A stretch of DNA of 64,000 nt from Vicugna vicugna. Taxonomy: Eukaryota. Location of the stretch: positions 560,001-624,000 of the forward strand of contig MU058337.1 in assembly GCA_013265495.1 (NCBI GenBank). Reading direction: 5' to 3'. Positions within the stretch are counted from its first letter, which is position 1; every line of letters begins with the position of its first letter. Shown here one piece after another: positions 25,471-38,725 of the stretch. The notes under the pieces are model-generated. The model ran no database searches, was not told the DNA's origin, and was given only the letters and a program-made list of their open reading frames with translations. Both the position numbers and the translations under genes were made by a program.

Positions 25471-26494
25471 AAGAGTGAACAGGATGAGTTAATGAAATTC
25501 ATATTCAAGCTCATCTTTTTTTTTTCTTCAGACAATTTCAGGCAACTTTTAAAGACAGATTTTTTTTAAAAGCTTGTGATGATTCATTGTCAATTTAGAG
25601 ACTAAAGAAAGTAGTTAAGCTGAAGTGGGTTTATTTGTGTCTGGATACCAGAATTTATAATAGGCTATGTGGGTGGGAGAGAGACTTTATAACCTAAAAT
25701 TGCAATGGAAATTGCAATTCAGAATAACTAAGTCTGATTCAAACTTATGACTAGTTAATGGCAGAAATTTTGAAGCTGAGATTAAAGAATACAAATACTA
25801 AAATTTTGACACAAACCTACTTCTTAGTAGAAGCAGAATAAAGTATTACTTGCTCTCTGCTTGCTGTTAAGTAATGTAGTTTGGGAAAATTATAAAAACA
25901 GATAAAGTAAGACATTCAAGATAGCATTTTGCATGATATTTGGTGGAGCCATTTTGTTTGATAGATGTATTAATATGGCATTAACTAACCCTAAATTCAC
26001 ACCCTAACACATATGTTGGAACAATTCTTACATCATAATCAGTTCTAGTGTTGACAGTGCAGATTTTCCATTGATGTTCTAGACAGTGATTACACCCACA
26101 CATACCACACACACACACATACATACACTCACTTTTTTCTTTTTATCTCACTATGTTTTCTAACTCTTATTTCTACTCTTGGTCCAGTTGAGACAAAGTT
26201 TCAGTCCACTCCATTGACAAGAGCTCCGTCTGTCACCCCAGACAGTTTCCTTCCTCTAGTCAGAACACCATTGTGGCAGACACCGGGTTTCTCTTCAATC
26301 TAATTAAGGTTCCATTAACTTGACTAGGCTAAACATGTTTGCTTTCTGTTATAATCAACCGCCAGGCCAGCCTTTTCAACAAGGCTTATCATATATTTCT
26401 GAATTTTTCCTCACAAACTTTCCAGCACCTCTCTCCTTCAGCAACTTGACAAAATGCTCACCTTAGCGAAATGGAAAAACAGAACCATGTAATC

Positions 26495-27175
26495 AAATTG
26501 CATTTATTGATTGGTATATCTGTCCCAGTCTAAATTAGATGCTGTGATCCCCTAGATAAGGCCTGTTCTCTGGAGCTCACCTTATAGAGGGTGATACAGA
26601 CAAGTGGACCAGAACTGAGTAATAACTTTTCCCATGTGGAACTGTACTCGAAGTACTGTGGAATCACATGGGAGGAACAGTGGATGCAGACGGGGCAATC
26701 AGGGAAGGCTCCCTGGACGAGGAGAGGGCTAGAGTGAACGTGGAAGTTCAGTAGGGATTGCCACATGAAGGAGGGGAGGGGGATATTTCAGGAAGGGAGT
26801 TAGTGATTATAACACATTCAGGGAAGTGCATTCTTTCTACAAGAGTCAACCGATAGTCACTAATGAAGGAAGAATAGAGGTATGGCTAGATCATGATCGC
26901 CCCAAGTATAAGGATTGAAAATAGAAACCATCGTGAGCAGGTTGGCATTTTAAGAACTGGCATTCAGGCCCAAATATGGAGAATCGATGGGTGAGGGCAA
27001 AGTTAGAAGCCAAGATAATAATTAGGAGACCATTGCAGTAATCAGCTGAGGAACAATGAGGATCAGCTAAGGCAGTGATGACGAGATGGAGGAATACCAA
27101 AAAATGAGGTAGGATTGGCAAGATCTGAATATGGAGGATGGAACATTTAAATGCTAAAGATGGCATCTGAAACAT
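26495..27175 (-). mobile_element. L2 fragment
   Basis: catttattga...ctggagctcac...tcagggaaggctccctggacgaggag...attaggagaccattgcagtaatc...ctaaggcagtg. Confidence 0.75.
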
Positions 27176-28309
27176 TTACCCAAATATTTAAATGGTAGTT
27201 ACACTGGGCATGCTAAACAAACAGAGGCAGACTCATGGACATACTGGCATTGAGGCGGGCATGGGATAGTTAGTGACAACAGCTGGTTGGCAGACACGCA
27301 CCTAATTGGGAGATAAGGTTATAAATATGAGTTAAGATTTCATGAATCATAGTAGCAGATGAAGCCACCAGGTCTCAAAACGAAAAAGAATTATATTACC
27401 TAGGAAGATTTGATTAGGGGACATGCTTATTAGTAATTTAACCACATACAATATAGTTTTCAGAAAAGAGTGGCCTTATTGCTTAATCCGTGAGCTATTA
27501 GGTTGTGAGAGAGTTCAGACTGGCAGTAATTTTTTTCTAAAGAAATAACTTTGGAAATACTTTATTTTGCTTACCAACTTACTAGGATAAGTGATGGACT
27601 ATATATAGTACAGTAGACAGAGTGAGGTAGCTCTGAATTCCATTCCCTAAAACTCCTAAGAAGGCACACAAACATTGGCAGTAGGTTTTTGTTTTTTTTT
27701 AAATTTTGGGGGCAGTAGTTTTTAATTGCTTTACTAGGAGCCACATAACATAGATCTGGTAACATTGGTTGTAAAATTAAAGGCATTTAAACTGTGAATC
27801 ATAAAGAGAACAAAGGACATAATCAAAACTCGTGTAAGTCTGCAATACCTTTGAGCCTCTAATGAAGTTTGTATTTTGACTAAGTTCTCTTACAAAGACA
27901 TTCACATCCATGTAATTGTGACGATAATATTTTCTGCCATATGCAGTGGCTATTACTGGAAAAGTTTAAGGCTAGAATTTCAGACTGGTCAAAATAATTG
28001 GCATGCATTCATATGCACGGATTTCTCATCAGCATAAGAATATTTTCTGTTATGCAACAGAATTGGTAGAAAGAATTGTTTAAATCCTCAGTAATAAATA
28101 GTGAAGACAGTCTAAGATAATAGTGAAGAAATAACATTAAATGTACTTAATAGTCTAAAGCTCAGTGGATTTTCAGTGTTGGTCAGGAGTAAGCATAGAC
28201 TGGGAGACAGAATAATTGTGTGAAATGATTATATTAAGGTTCTAGGGTGTCTCTCTACCAAACAGATTTGTTAACCTGTCTAGAGTCCAGTTCTTATCTC
28301 TACAGTAAA

Positions 28310-28784
28310 GATGGCGGATACATGTCTTTGACCCACCAGGTTCACTTTCCACTGTTGTCCACTCTGCTGAGGGAGGCAGACCTGGAACATCTACCCCAAG
28401 CTTTATCTCACTGAGTTCCTTAACCATCTGAGTTAGGCAGGTGCTTGCCTCGGGAGAAGCTGAGAGGGAGGGGAGCCGGTGGTGAGGATATTCACCCCTC
28501 AGTTCCCATCCTCTGATGTCGCCTCGTTCCAGCAGCTGGCTCATCAACAGGTCTTTGTCTTCCAGAGGAGACCCTCTCTGGAATTTTCTTTCCTTCTTGT
28601 CTTCTCCTTCCCTTCATCTTTTTGGGTGTTGGTTGTGGGAAAAGCTAGCCCCTGGCTTTTGCACTACCCTTTATGGTATCCTTACATCTTACCTTGCCCA
28701 CGGTTGTCCTTTTATAAATAAAGCCTCCCTACATTATCCCAGTTGAGTTCCACCTTTATCCTGTGTCAGGTCCTGATGGATACA
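28310..28784 (+). mobile_element. LTR16-family (ERVL) solo LTR
   Basis: Starts near tggcggatac; ends cttgcccac...ataaag..ctcc..attatcccagttgag...tcctgatggataca, as in recalled LTR16 3' end with terminal CA. Confidence 0.7.
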
Positions 28785-30796
28785 GTGGTCTCTAGAATTC
28801 CACCCAGGAAAAGCATTCATTGTTTCCATAGGTTTTGAACCACTGTCATCAGAGCAAAACCACGAGTAAGTCTGTCTAGGAGAACAGTTACTGTAGATGC
28901 TTCTTTGCATCTCAGTGGAGCGACACCTCTTACCAATTTCATTTTAAATATTGACAGAGCAGGCCTTAGACTGGTTCATCTGTGATACTTTTAGACAGTC
29001 TGAGAAGTTTTCTATTCTATATATATAAAGAGAGAGAGTGGGGGGTAGAGAGAGAGAGAGAAAATCAGTGATTTACTGGGAAACGCTCCCTGAACTGACA
29101 GAATGGAGCAGCTCTTCTGGTATTTGTGCAGATTTTTGTATAACTGCACAGGACAGTTGCTATTTCAGTGATTACTAGCAGCGTGCAATTTCCATAGCCT
29201 CACCTCCTGGTTTGGCTGCTTAAAGTCACAGTTGCTGTTTGGGGTGCCTCCCTCGGATTAAGCAGGGCAGCAGTTAATTAGGCCAAGTCTTCACGGGAAT
29301 CTACTTCCTAAAACAAACAGATGTGTGCAGACCCTAACATGTACACGTTTTCCTGATGTCCCATGTAGCGTGTTGTCTCGTGCACCATCTGTGGCTGTCA
29401 CCTGTGTCTGACTCCTGGAGGGAGACGGAGTTCTTTCAGTCGCTCACCCTAATTGGAGGGTGCGTGGCGTGGACATGGTTTTCATAACCCAGACCAGACC
29501 TGCTGGCCTCCCAGAGGCTCAGCTCTGCTAGGGTGCTGCGTAGAGGAGGGGTGAGGTCACCTCCAAAAGTTTTCGTGAGATTTCTTTATAAAATTGGTCC
29601 ACAGAAATGTAACTTGGCCTTCTTTGCAATTTTTATCATCTACTATGGAGTCAAAAACCAACCAACCAACCAAACAGAAAAAAACAAACAGTATTTGTTT
29701 CATAGGAAGTCAGTTTTGTACAGAAAAATAATCACAAATATGACCATAGATTAGTCAGTTGTCTGGTTCATTTATTTATTCAACAGATTTTACTGAGCTA
29801 GGCAGTGAGGATATTATTACGATTAAAACATGTATACTTATTCTCCAGGTGATGATAACAGTAAGTCCGTACAACATTCAAGTAAACACATAGTTAAATT
29901 CAAAGAGCAGAGCTTTTTAGACGCATGTAGCAGAGCCATCTAACTCCAGATTACGCTCCTGGATGAAGTGCTGTCAAGAAGAACTGAAGGATGGGTTCTC
30001 CTTCTGACATGGTCTAGTCAATTAGAAAATGTGTGCCTCTGTCAAGTAGTGGGAGTTAACGGATAAATTTTAAGTGAACATACAAAACATTACACGCTTA
30101 AAACACAATTTAAACATGTAATATCATGAGTGAGGGTGGAACAGATGAGGATAGACTCAAGTAGCTCCTCGAGTTAGAAAAGGAGTAGAATTTACGTGTG
30201 GTGGTTGGGGGCGAGCTGAACTGAAGTTTATGCAGATCCAAAATGTAGATCAGATTTTAAAAAGCCTCAGTAATTACCCAGGCTGTTTCTTCACCTGGAG
30301 GTTGATTTTTAAATCTCTTAAGGCTTATGTAATACAGCCTCTGATCCAGGGAGATACACTCTCCTACAGAGAGTTGTTTTGCCTTAGAATGATTAATGTG
30401 GATAAGATTCATTGAGTTAAAAATAAATTTTCTATTTTGTAAAGATCTCTGGTTCCAAAAATACACAAATGAAATTAGATCTTTTGTGTAATAATATTAG
30501 CATAGAAGATATTTATTATTTTTCTCCTTGAGTAAGAAGAAATTTACAGTATTACCACAAGTAAAAAGCAAGTTGCAAATCCACCATAAATTTGGAAAAT
30601 ATTTGACATTTCTGCTGTGTTCTGGTTTATGCAACTGATGAGATACTTAGGTATTTGATTAACTAATTCAATTTTTAGCATCTAAAATGTGACAGGCACT
30701 ACACTAATGCTAGGAATATAAAGATAATAAAAACCTGGTTTCCATCCCCCAAAGCTCACATACCATCATTAAGGGCATTGCGGAAGAGGCTCCCCC

Positions 30797-31833
30797 CACA
30801 GCTTTATTGGGATATAATTGACACATACCATTGTGTAAGTTTAAGGTGTACAATGTGATGATCTGATACATGTATGTATTGTGAAGTGATTACCTCAATA
30901 AGGCTAGTTAGCATTCTTTACCTCACATAATGACCATTTTGCTGGTGTTCGTGATGTTGTTGCTATGGTGAGAACATCCAAGATCTGCTCTCACAGTAAC
31001 TGTCAGGCATACAGCACAGTGCTGTCAGCTGTGATCACCATGCTGCTCTTCACGTCTCCACAATCTCTTCCTCCTGTAACTGGAGGTTTTTACCCTTTGA
31101 CCAACATCTCTTTATTCCAGAACCACACCCCACCCCCAGCTCCTGGCAAACACCAATCTGTTCTCTGTATCTGTAAGTCCATTTTTGTTTTGTTTCTTCT
31201 TAGATTCCAGGTGTAAGTGGGGTCATACAGCGTTTGTCTTTCTTTGTCAGATCTATTTCACTTAGTATAATGCTGTCAGGTTTCATCCATGTTTTCTCAA
31301 ATGGCAGGATTCCCTTCTTTTTTATGTCTGAATATTATTCCATTGTGTGTGTGTGTATGTATATATATGTATATATATAAGTGTGTATATACATATGTAT
31401 ATATGACAATTTCTTTACACCTTCACCTGTTGATGGACAATTAAGTTGTTTCCAGGTCTTGGCTATTGTCAATAATGCTACAGTTAACACTGGGGGGAAG
31501 ATACCTCTACAAAATAGTGATTTTAATTCCTTTGGATAAATACTCAGAAGTGGGTTTGCTGGATTCCTTGGTAGTTCTGTTTTTACTTTTTTGAGAAGCC
31601 TTTATACTGTCTTCCGTAATGACTGCACCGGTTTATGTTCACCAGCAGAGTGCCCCAGGGCTCCCACCCACCAGCACCGGCTATCTCTTGTCTTTTTGAT
31701 AACAGTCATTCTAACAGGTGTGAGGTGATACCTCATTGTGGTTTTGATTTTGCATTTCCCTGATGCCGTTGAGTACTATTTCGGTACCTGTTAGCCATTC
31801 GTATGTCTTTTTTCTTTTTGTCATTGAGTTGTT
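30797..31833 (-). mobile_element. L1MA9-like 3' end with ORF2 C-terminal remnant
   Basis: cagctttattgggatataattgac...tttaaggtgtacaatgtgatg...; ORF 31733..31945 contains DIRMANR, like L1 ORF2 DIQMANR; internal (TG)n(TA)n tract. Confidence 0.92.
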
Positions 31834-32099
31834 CCAACAACAAGCACAACAATTGTAAATTCAGGGGAAAATGTATGTTTTGTATATAGAGGACAAAGTA
31901 ATAAAAGCACATTTTATGTAAAATAAAAAAATAATTTTCTTTCAAGTTTTATGAGTGTAACTTGTTTTCCAAAGGACTTAAGACAATGAATAATGCTTGA
32001 AATTTTATAGCAGAGGGTGTCCAACTTTAAGCATGAAAAGGAAAAGACATATTGAAATGTTAGTATCTGCTTAATAAGTAAAAAGAAGTTACGAGGTTT

Positions 32100-33130
32100 T
32101 AAGAGAAAGGAGAAGGAGAGTAAGAGAAGGAATTCAAAAAGCAGCTTTTGAAAGGCTTAATTAAATCATGCAAGTGTGGAGAGATCTCAGATAATGGATA
32201 AAAATGTCAATGTAAATGGTCTAAAAGGTGGAATAGGAAAGAACTAGCCTTTGGCATGCCTGTGGCTATGAATGGTTTGGCTGAGAGGAGGTGTGAGAAG
32301 GGAAGACCGTTTCAAGGGAAGGAAGTGGAGGAGGGGCCTTCACCTTTCTCATTATAAGCAGAAGGTCACATGGAGAAACATCTGTGTTTGAAAGCCACTA
32401 GATCTGACTTTTGGAAACAATAGCAACATGCCTGTCAATCAGAGACTGTGAAGTATCTGACCCGTAACTGTATGTTCCCTCAGTGAAATATGGAAGGAAA
32501 CATTACTTAAAGCTATGATGCTATTCAACATGTAGTAGTGAAGGTGGTGTTAGAGATGGACTTTCTGGTTTTGAGCAAACATTGGAAGGTTGAAATAGCC
32601 CAAGAGGAAATCATGAGCTCAGATATTTGAGTTAATTCCGTGACAGTGCAGATGTTCATCCTCAGTTAGATCAATATGACAAGATGATGGAATATAAAGC
32701 AGAAATGAAGGAAGGTCTGTCTGTGAGATTTATGCATGAAAAAGTGTTGAGCAATGAAAATATTGCATCTCTCTGCAGTAATTCAGCCAAAACATTTTGA
32801 ATATGAAATGAGATTTGTATAAATCTTATTAACTTAATAAAAGATAGAAGCAGCAGAATTTGATGGCACATTGACTGTAGAGAAAATAAAATTGGAAACA
32901 ATTATTTAGTACTACTTTTTTAGTGAAAATAATTGGTACTGGAAAAATGTGAGAGTTTGTGGCTAAAAGTACCAGGTTAGGAGGTGATAGTTGGCTAGTA
33001 AGAGCTGAAGCTGTTGAGAGCCATTGGCTGTTTAGAAAGAATCCCTGAGAAGCTGGATGCTGGCCAGAGCCCGTGCTGATCTTGGAGAATGAGAGGTAGG
33101 GAAGGAAGAGGCTTCAGCAAGGGACCTGGA
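32100..33130 (-). mobile_element. Degraded L2 fragments
   Basis: Purine-rich L2-like text (ggaaggttgaaatagcccaagagga..., gaagctgttgagagccattggctg...gagaatgagagg...ggaagagg). Confidence 0.4.
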
Positions 33131-33379
33131 AAGAGTTTAGAGTTTATAATCTGTACTTAAAACCTGTGCTTAGACCTCGGAGAATCAGGGAGTCCACTCC
33201 TCCACTGAAATGTCCCATTCCTGTCTCTGCCCCGGCCTGAAATCTGCCTTCATCAAAGGTCCACCCATCGATTCTGGTCTGGCTTCAAGAGTCACACCAA
33301 TTCCAATTCCTTTTCTACATTCAGATCTTTAAAATGTGAATTCAGCAGTCATACCCCTCTTTCCATATTCAGTCCAGCA

Positions 33380-33795
33380 GCTCCAATATCCCCAGTTCCT
33401 TTAACCAGTCCTCACATGGTATCACTTTAACTTTCCACTCTCCTAATTCTCCTCCTCTGGGCACACTCTAATGATGTTCTTTCTTAAAATGTGGTACCCA
33501 GATTTAAACACGATGCTCTAAATACATTCCACACACCAAGGAATAGAGGGAGACTCATGTTTCCTTTGCTCTGAATCCTGTATTTCTGTTTATGCAGCCC
33601 AGGTTTGCAGGGAAGCTGAGTCTCTTGTCTTCACTCCTGTTAAATAGGCAGTTACCTTATAAGCCGGCTGTTTTTAACAAGTTTTAAAAAATTTTTCCAA
33701 GTCTCCTTCATCTTGGGGTACAAAGTCAATTCTTTAAAACATAACATGTGCAATTTAAAATCTATCTTATTAAAATTTATTTTTTAATTCAGCAG
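33380..33795 (-). mobile_element. CR1/L3 LINE fragment
   Basis: atccccagttcctttaaccagtcctcacatg...ctcctctgggcacactct...cttaaaatgtggtacccaga...ttatgcagcccag. Confidence 0.75.
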
Positions 33796-34109
33796 CAAAT
33801 AAGTCAGCATATACTTTGAACAAAACAAAATGTAAGCACAGTGTCACATTACAGAGTCATAGGAAGCTAATTTCTAGGAATTTATAGTAAAAATATGTTG
33901 ACCAAATTTTAAAAACACATACATTACATAAAATCTACATAATATGTTTAGGGCTTTTTGACATGTATTTTCTCCAGTTTCTTTAATATATCTCTTTTGC
34001 TTCCTTTCCTATAATTTGCATAGAATGCAAGTTCTGTCCTTGAAAAGGCATCAGCAGCTGCATTTCCCTTTCTTTGCAGCCCTGCCCCATAGAGAGAGAG
34101 CACTCAGCG

Positions 34110-34310
34110 GCAGACTGGCTGTCACCTACTAGCTGAGTGTCAGGGGGAATTTTAAATTGTCTCTCAACCTTAGTTTCCTTGCCTGTAAAATGGGGACAAT
34201 AACAATGTCATCCTCACAAGGATGCTGTGACAGTCATGCCAGATACCTCATGTGAAGTCTTAGACAAATTGCCAGATACAGGAAGGGCATCAGTAAATAT
34301 TAGCAATTTT
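34110..34310 (+). mobile_element. MIR SINE
   Basis: cacctactagctgagtg...ccttagtttccttgcctgtaaaatggggacaataac...cctcacaaggatgctgtg. Confidence 0.85.
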
Positions 34311-34619
34311 AATTGGGCCATCACCGAATCTGAACAATTCAGCTCTTCTGTCAAAGCACATTTCAAGGATGTGTGTACATTTTTGTCTGTCCTAAAATCT
34401 GTCATGTCCTTAAAGGAACTGTTCCTTGCTCAACTTGATGGTTCCTGGCACACAGTAGGTACTCAGTAAGTGCCTGTGAAATTAATGTCATAAGTGGATT
34501 AATCATTGAAGATATGATGCAGTCTGACAGCTCAAGAGTCATACTGGACTGCTGTTCAGTGACAGTGCTCATGACGGTGTGATGCTAGTGTAACCCCAAA
34601 CCTGTTCCTTATGTGTTAA

Positions 34620-34845
34620 TGGTAGCACTGGAGCCTTGCCATGTGCCAGAACTGTTTATGTCCGCTTTCCCATTTCCCTGTGGGGAAGGTTCAATCATTT
34701 GCCTCTTTTTACAGATGAGGAAACTGAGGAACTGAGATGGTAAGACTCTTACCAAGTCACTCAGCTGGAGTGATGGAAGAGGGGTCGGAATCCAGCCCAG
34801 CTGGCTCCCAGCCAGGACAGCCTATCACTGCCCTCTGTTGCTTCC
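34620..34845 (-). mobile_element. MIR SINE
   Basis: ttttacagatgaggaaactgagg...ggtaagactcttaccaagtcactcagct. Confidence 0.85.
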
Positions 34846-35149
34846 CACCCTGCTGAATTGCTCCAGTTCAGTCTTCGTCACGATAATGATTTAAAACAAA
34901 AGCCTTCGCCCCAGGTTTGGGTCGGTCTGGGTCGCTTTGTACATTTGTTTTGTGCTCTCCTGACTGCTCTCAGAAGCTGAAGCCGCTGGGCCCGGGCACT
35001 TTCTTCTTCCCTCTGGCTGCTGATGTCAGTCAGGCCCACAGTTGGCACATGAGACAGCGCTGGTCGACTGTCACTGTAGGGCAGCTTTCCTGTGTGCCTG
35101 TCCCGTTGAGCAGTTACAGGCCAGGTGCGTAACAGCCAACCTGCCATGA

Positions 35150-35318
35150 CAGCCTAGCTTGGTCATTTCCTGACTAATCTCAGAGGGGCTATTCAGCCTC
35201 CCCCAGACTCAGTTAGTTCCTTTATCTTTGAAAAGGTGGACCTGATACTTCTCTATATTTTGTAATGAGTAAGTGAAATAACATGTGAGAGCACCTAAAA
35301 TATTGTCTAGCGCAGGGT
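35150..35318 (+). mobile_element. MIR fragment
   Basis: actcagtt...ttatctttgaaaagg...taagtgaaataacatgtgagagcacctaa. Confidence 0.6.
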
Positions 35319-35741
35319 GTAACTGTGTTTCTCACCCAAATGAAATTGATAATCCAATGGGAGACATAGGAATTTATTTTATATCAGTAACTATAGCGTG
35401 ATGGTCTCTGAGATACAGTGTACTAGACATATTATACAGTATAGAGGTATTAGGGAGGGAAGGTCCCTCCTGACCCTGAAAAGAGGCAGGAAGGTCCATA
35501 AAAATGGGATTTCTGGCTGACCCTTGAAGAAAATTTTCAGCTTCTTCAGAGTATAGGTAATTTCGTAGTGATCTGTTCCCATAGACTCCATGACAGCAGA
35601 GAGAAGGATGGTTTTTCCAACATTCCACCCCCACTGTCTAACAGCAGACCTTATATACAATAGAAATTTAACAATTCTGTGGAATGAATAAGTAAGCAAC
35701 AGAGTATGTAATAACCACATGATACACTGCGTGTTAGGTCA

Positions 35742-35880
35742 GAAGTGCTTTTAACTCCATTTCACTGATGAAAAATTTAGACCTGGAGCGGTGGTAAGTA
35801 ATTTGTCCAAAATAGTTTATCTGGTCAGGAAAAGAGAAAGGAACATAGAATTTCTGACTGTAAAGATCTATGATTGTATT
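35742..35880 (-). mobile_element. MIR fragment
   Basis: ccatttcactgatgaaaaattt...ggtaagtaatttgtccaa...ttctgactgtaaagatctatg. Confidence 0.6.
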
Positions 35881-37297
35881 TTCTGAGGGGTTTTGTCTTC
35901 TTAATTTGGAAAGAAATGCCAGAGTAAAATCCAGTGTCCAAATTGCTTTTGGAATCCAGTGGTGATTGCGCAGGGACTCCATTTTCCTAGCTGATTTTAA
36001 AGTCCATTGGATTTGTTGAAAGCTCCCTAATAAAGAGCTGCTGCTACAATGTGCAAACTGTTCAGCAAGATGTATGATATCACATCCAAAACTGGAGCTC
36101 TGTAACACACGTGTGCACAGAAACATAAACACACACATTAAAATGGACTCAGAATTACTGCTACTTTAATGAGCCATTTCAAATACATGGGAAATGTCAG
36201 GAGAAATGCATAAAGCGACTACTCTTATTGCTTTCATTAAGGGGTAAATATTCTAGCTCAGAATCTGTAGCAGGGTAGACCCTCAATTAATAGTTAATAG
36301 AAGTGTAACAGGCTGACTCAGTTAATTAAACAATTAATTTAATAGTGAGCTCTTTAAAATACTTGAAATTGATTATTTAAGTGGAAAAAACCACCATTTT
36401 AGCAGGATTGAAAACATAAAATGACATTGACAACCTCGTTGATCTTAAATTCATACAAAATAGTGATACTGTAATTTTAAAATAAGATCAAAACTTACAA
36501 CACATTTTAAGTTAAATACAAGAGGAATGTCTTTCAGGATAATTTTTTGCTTTTTTTTTGTTTTAGAAATTTTATTGAGAAATGGAAGGATATAATTAGA
36601 AAAAAAAATCAATCCCTTGATATTATTTTATAAAATTCTTATTTTGTTTACCCCATGGCAAATTAATCACAAGGTTAATCTATTAATAACTTCAAGCATA
36701 TCTATATAATAGCTTTAAACAAAGACATTAGTCTGTATTCAGCATTATTTTTAAGTTAGGTTATTCTATGAGTATGATTTAAAACCCTGAACTATGATTT
36801 ATTGTATGTATCAAGATAGTTTCACATTTTCTAGTGCTATCTTTGTTACAGCTCATGTTTCTGATACGAAAATTGAAAATAATTCATCAAAGTAGAATAT
36901 GACCAAGCTGGAATATGTCAAAATGTGCATAAAATATGGATCACAAGTCAAATAGCTTCTACAGACACATGGCCAATATACTGTTTACCTTATTAAGAAC
37001 CAGTACTTTCATTTTATCCTTTGATGAAATTGAGCTCTTTAAAAGCAAGAACTATGAATTATTCATCCTAAATTACTTCTACTTAGCAAAAAAACTACAT
37101 TTTAAATACTCATTTAATGCTCATTAGATAAAGCAAATATAAGATGTAAAGGAACATTTTAATAAAAATGTAATAGATAATAAAGATAAACCCTGAAATG
37201 TTCTATTCCATAAAATTTTAGCATTATTTTTTTAACTGAGAACCATCACAAATCAAATGGAAGAGATTTTCTATCTAATTTTAAAAAATCATAATTT

Positions 37298-37500
37298 AAA
37301 AGGTGTGTTCCATAGAACACTGCTTTCAGAGTTTGTAACAAGTGTTTGCATCACATAGGAACCCAAGCTCTCACTGGTTTTACTATAATAGGCTCATATG
37401 CAGGGTCATGACTCAAGAGGAGGTATAATTACTGTGTGTCCCATGAGAATGTCAACATAGAATTTTTTTTTCATTGAATATATTTTAGGAAAAGCTACTG
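37298..37500. mobile_element. Possible hAT-Charlie MITE (MER113/MER112-like)
   Basis: aaggtgtgttccatagaacactg at one end and aatatattttaggaaaagct at the other resemble the termini of this group. Confidence 0.4.
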
Positions 37501-38409
37501 CAAATGAAGCTGCAAATTTCAGATTAGTTTATTCTTTGCTGATGTATTTTCTACATTGTTAATAACATTTTTTTTCACATAACATTTCCTATAACTCCTC
37601 AAAGGGCTCTCTGAACTTGTTTAAGATTGAATTTATCTCAGACAATGGAGACATACTGACTATATTGTTTAAAATGCCAGGATAGGATTTCTTTTTTTCA
37701 CATCAAGTTTATAAACTCTCCACAATGCGTAAGTGTGTCAGCCAAATGGTCCGCCTACCTCAATATTCTTTTATATTTACTACACACACACATATATATA
37801 ATTATATATATAACGTAAAATATGTATATCTCTTTAAAGAAAATAGCTATTATGTATGTGTGTATATATATTTACATTTTTATATATAATGGCATTCAAT
37901 TTATTTGATAAGCATTAAGTGTTATATGTTAATTATCATCATAATTATGGACCTTTTAAAATCTATGTTTAATTGCAAAACATTTAAAAAATCAAAATCC
38001 AAGTATTTATGTACTAATAAAAAACTTTATGTAAAAATATCATCTCAAACCAATCTGGAGATTTGAGATTTGGAAACAGCCAGAAAGTAAAATTAAAGGT
38101 TGAGTTAATTTTATGGTTAGATTTTTTTGAATTTTAATCACTACCATAATGCAGATCTAAACTGCAACATAAAATATTACATGTATTATAAGTACATTTT
38201 CAAACAAAATTGTTTTACGCCCCTTTGAAAAAAATACTCTTCAAATGATTTTATTTAAGGTGCTAAATTCAAATTCCCTAATTCCTCAGAAGGAAGAAGG
38301 CAAATAACTGCAAGGACTGATAAAGGTCAAAGAAAATTTAGGCCAGAACCAAGAATGCAACAAAAGAATTGCCAGAAGCAAAGAAGACACAGTGAAAAAG
38401 GAAGTCAGC

Positions 38410-38410
38410 T

Positions 38411-38445
<35 letters not shown>

Positions 38446-38725
38446 GTGAGGGAATATTAAAAAGTGAAAATAACACAATNNNNNNNNNNNNNNNNNNNNN
38501 NNNNNNNNGGAATTTCAAAATTGTAGAATAGATAAATAAGATTATACTGTATAGCACAGGGAAATATACACAAAATCTTACAGCTCACAGAGCTCACTGA
38601 GAAAAAAATGTGACAATGAATATATATATATGTTCATGTATAACTGAAAAATTGTGCTGAACACTGGAATTTGACACAAAATTGTAAAATGATTATAAAT
38701 CAATAAAAAATGTTTAAGAAAAAAA
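38410..38725 (+). mobile_element. Young camelid-type L1 3' end, 5'-truncated, with 16-bp TSD; spans a poly-G run and an assembly gap
   Basis: atagataaataagattatactgtatagcacagggaaatatacac...gtataactgaaaaattgtgct...caataaaaaa plus A-tail; flanking gaaaaaggaagtcagc (38394-38409) and gaaaaaggaagccagc (38726-38741). Confidence 0.85.
38480..38508. other. Assembly gap (29 N)
   Basis: Direct. Confidence 1.
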
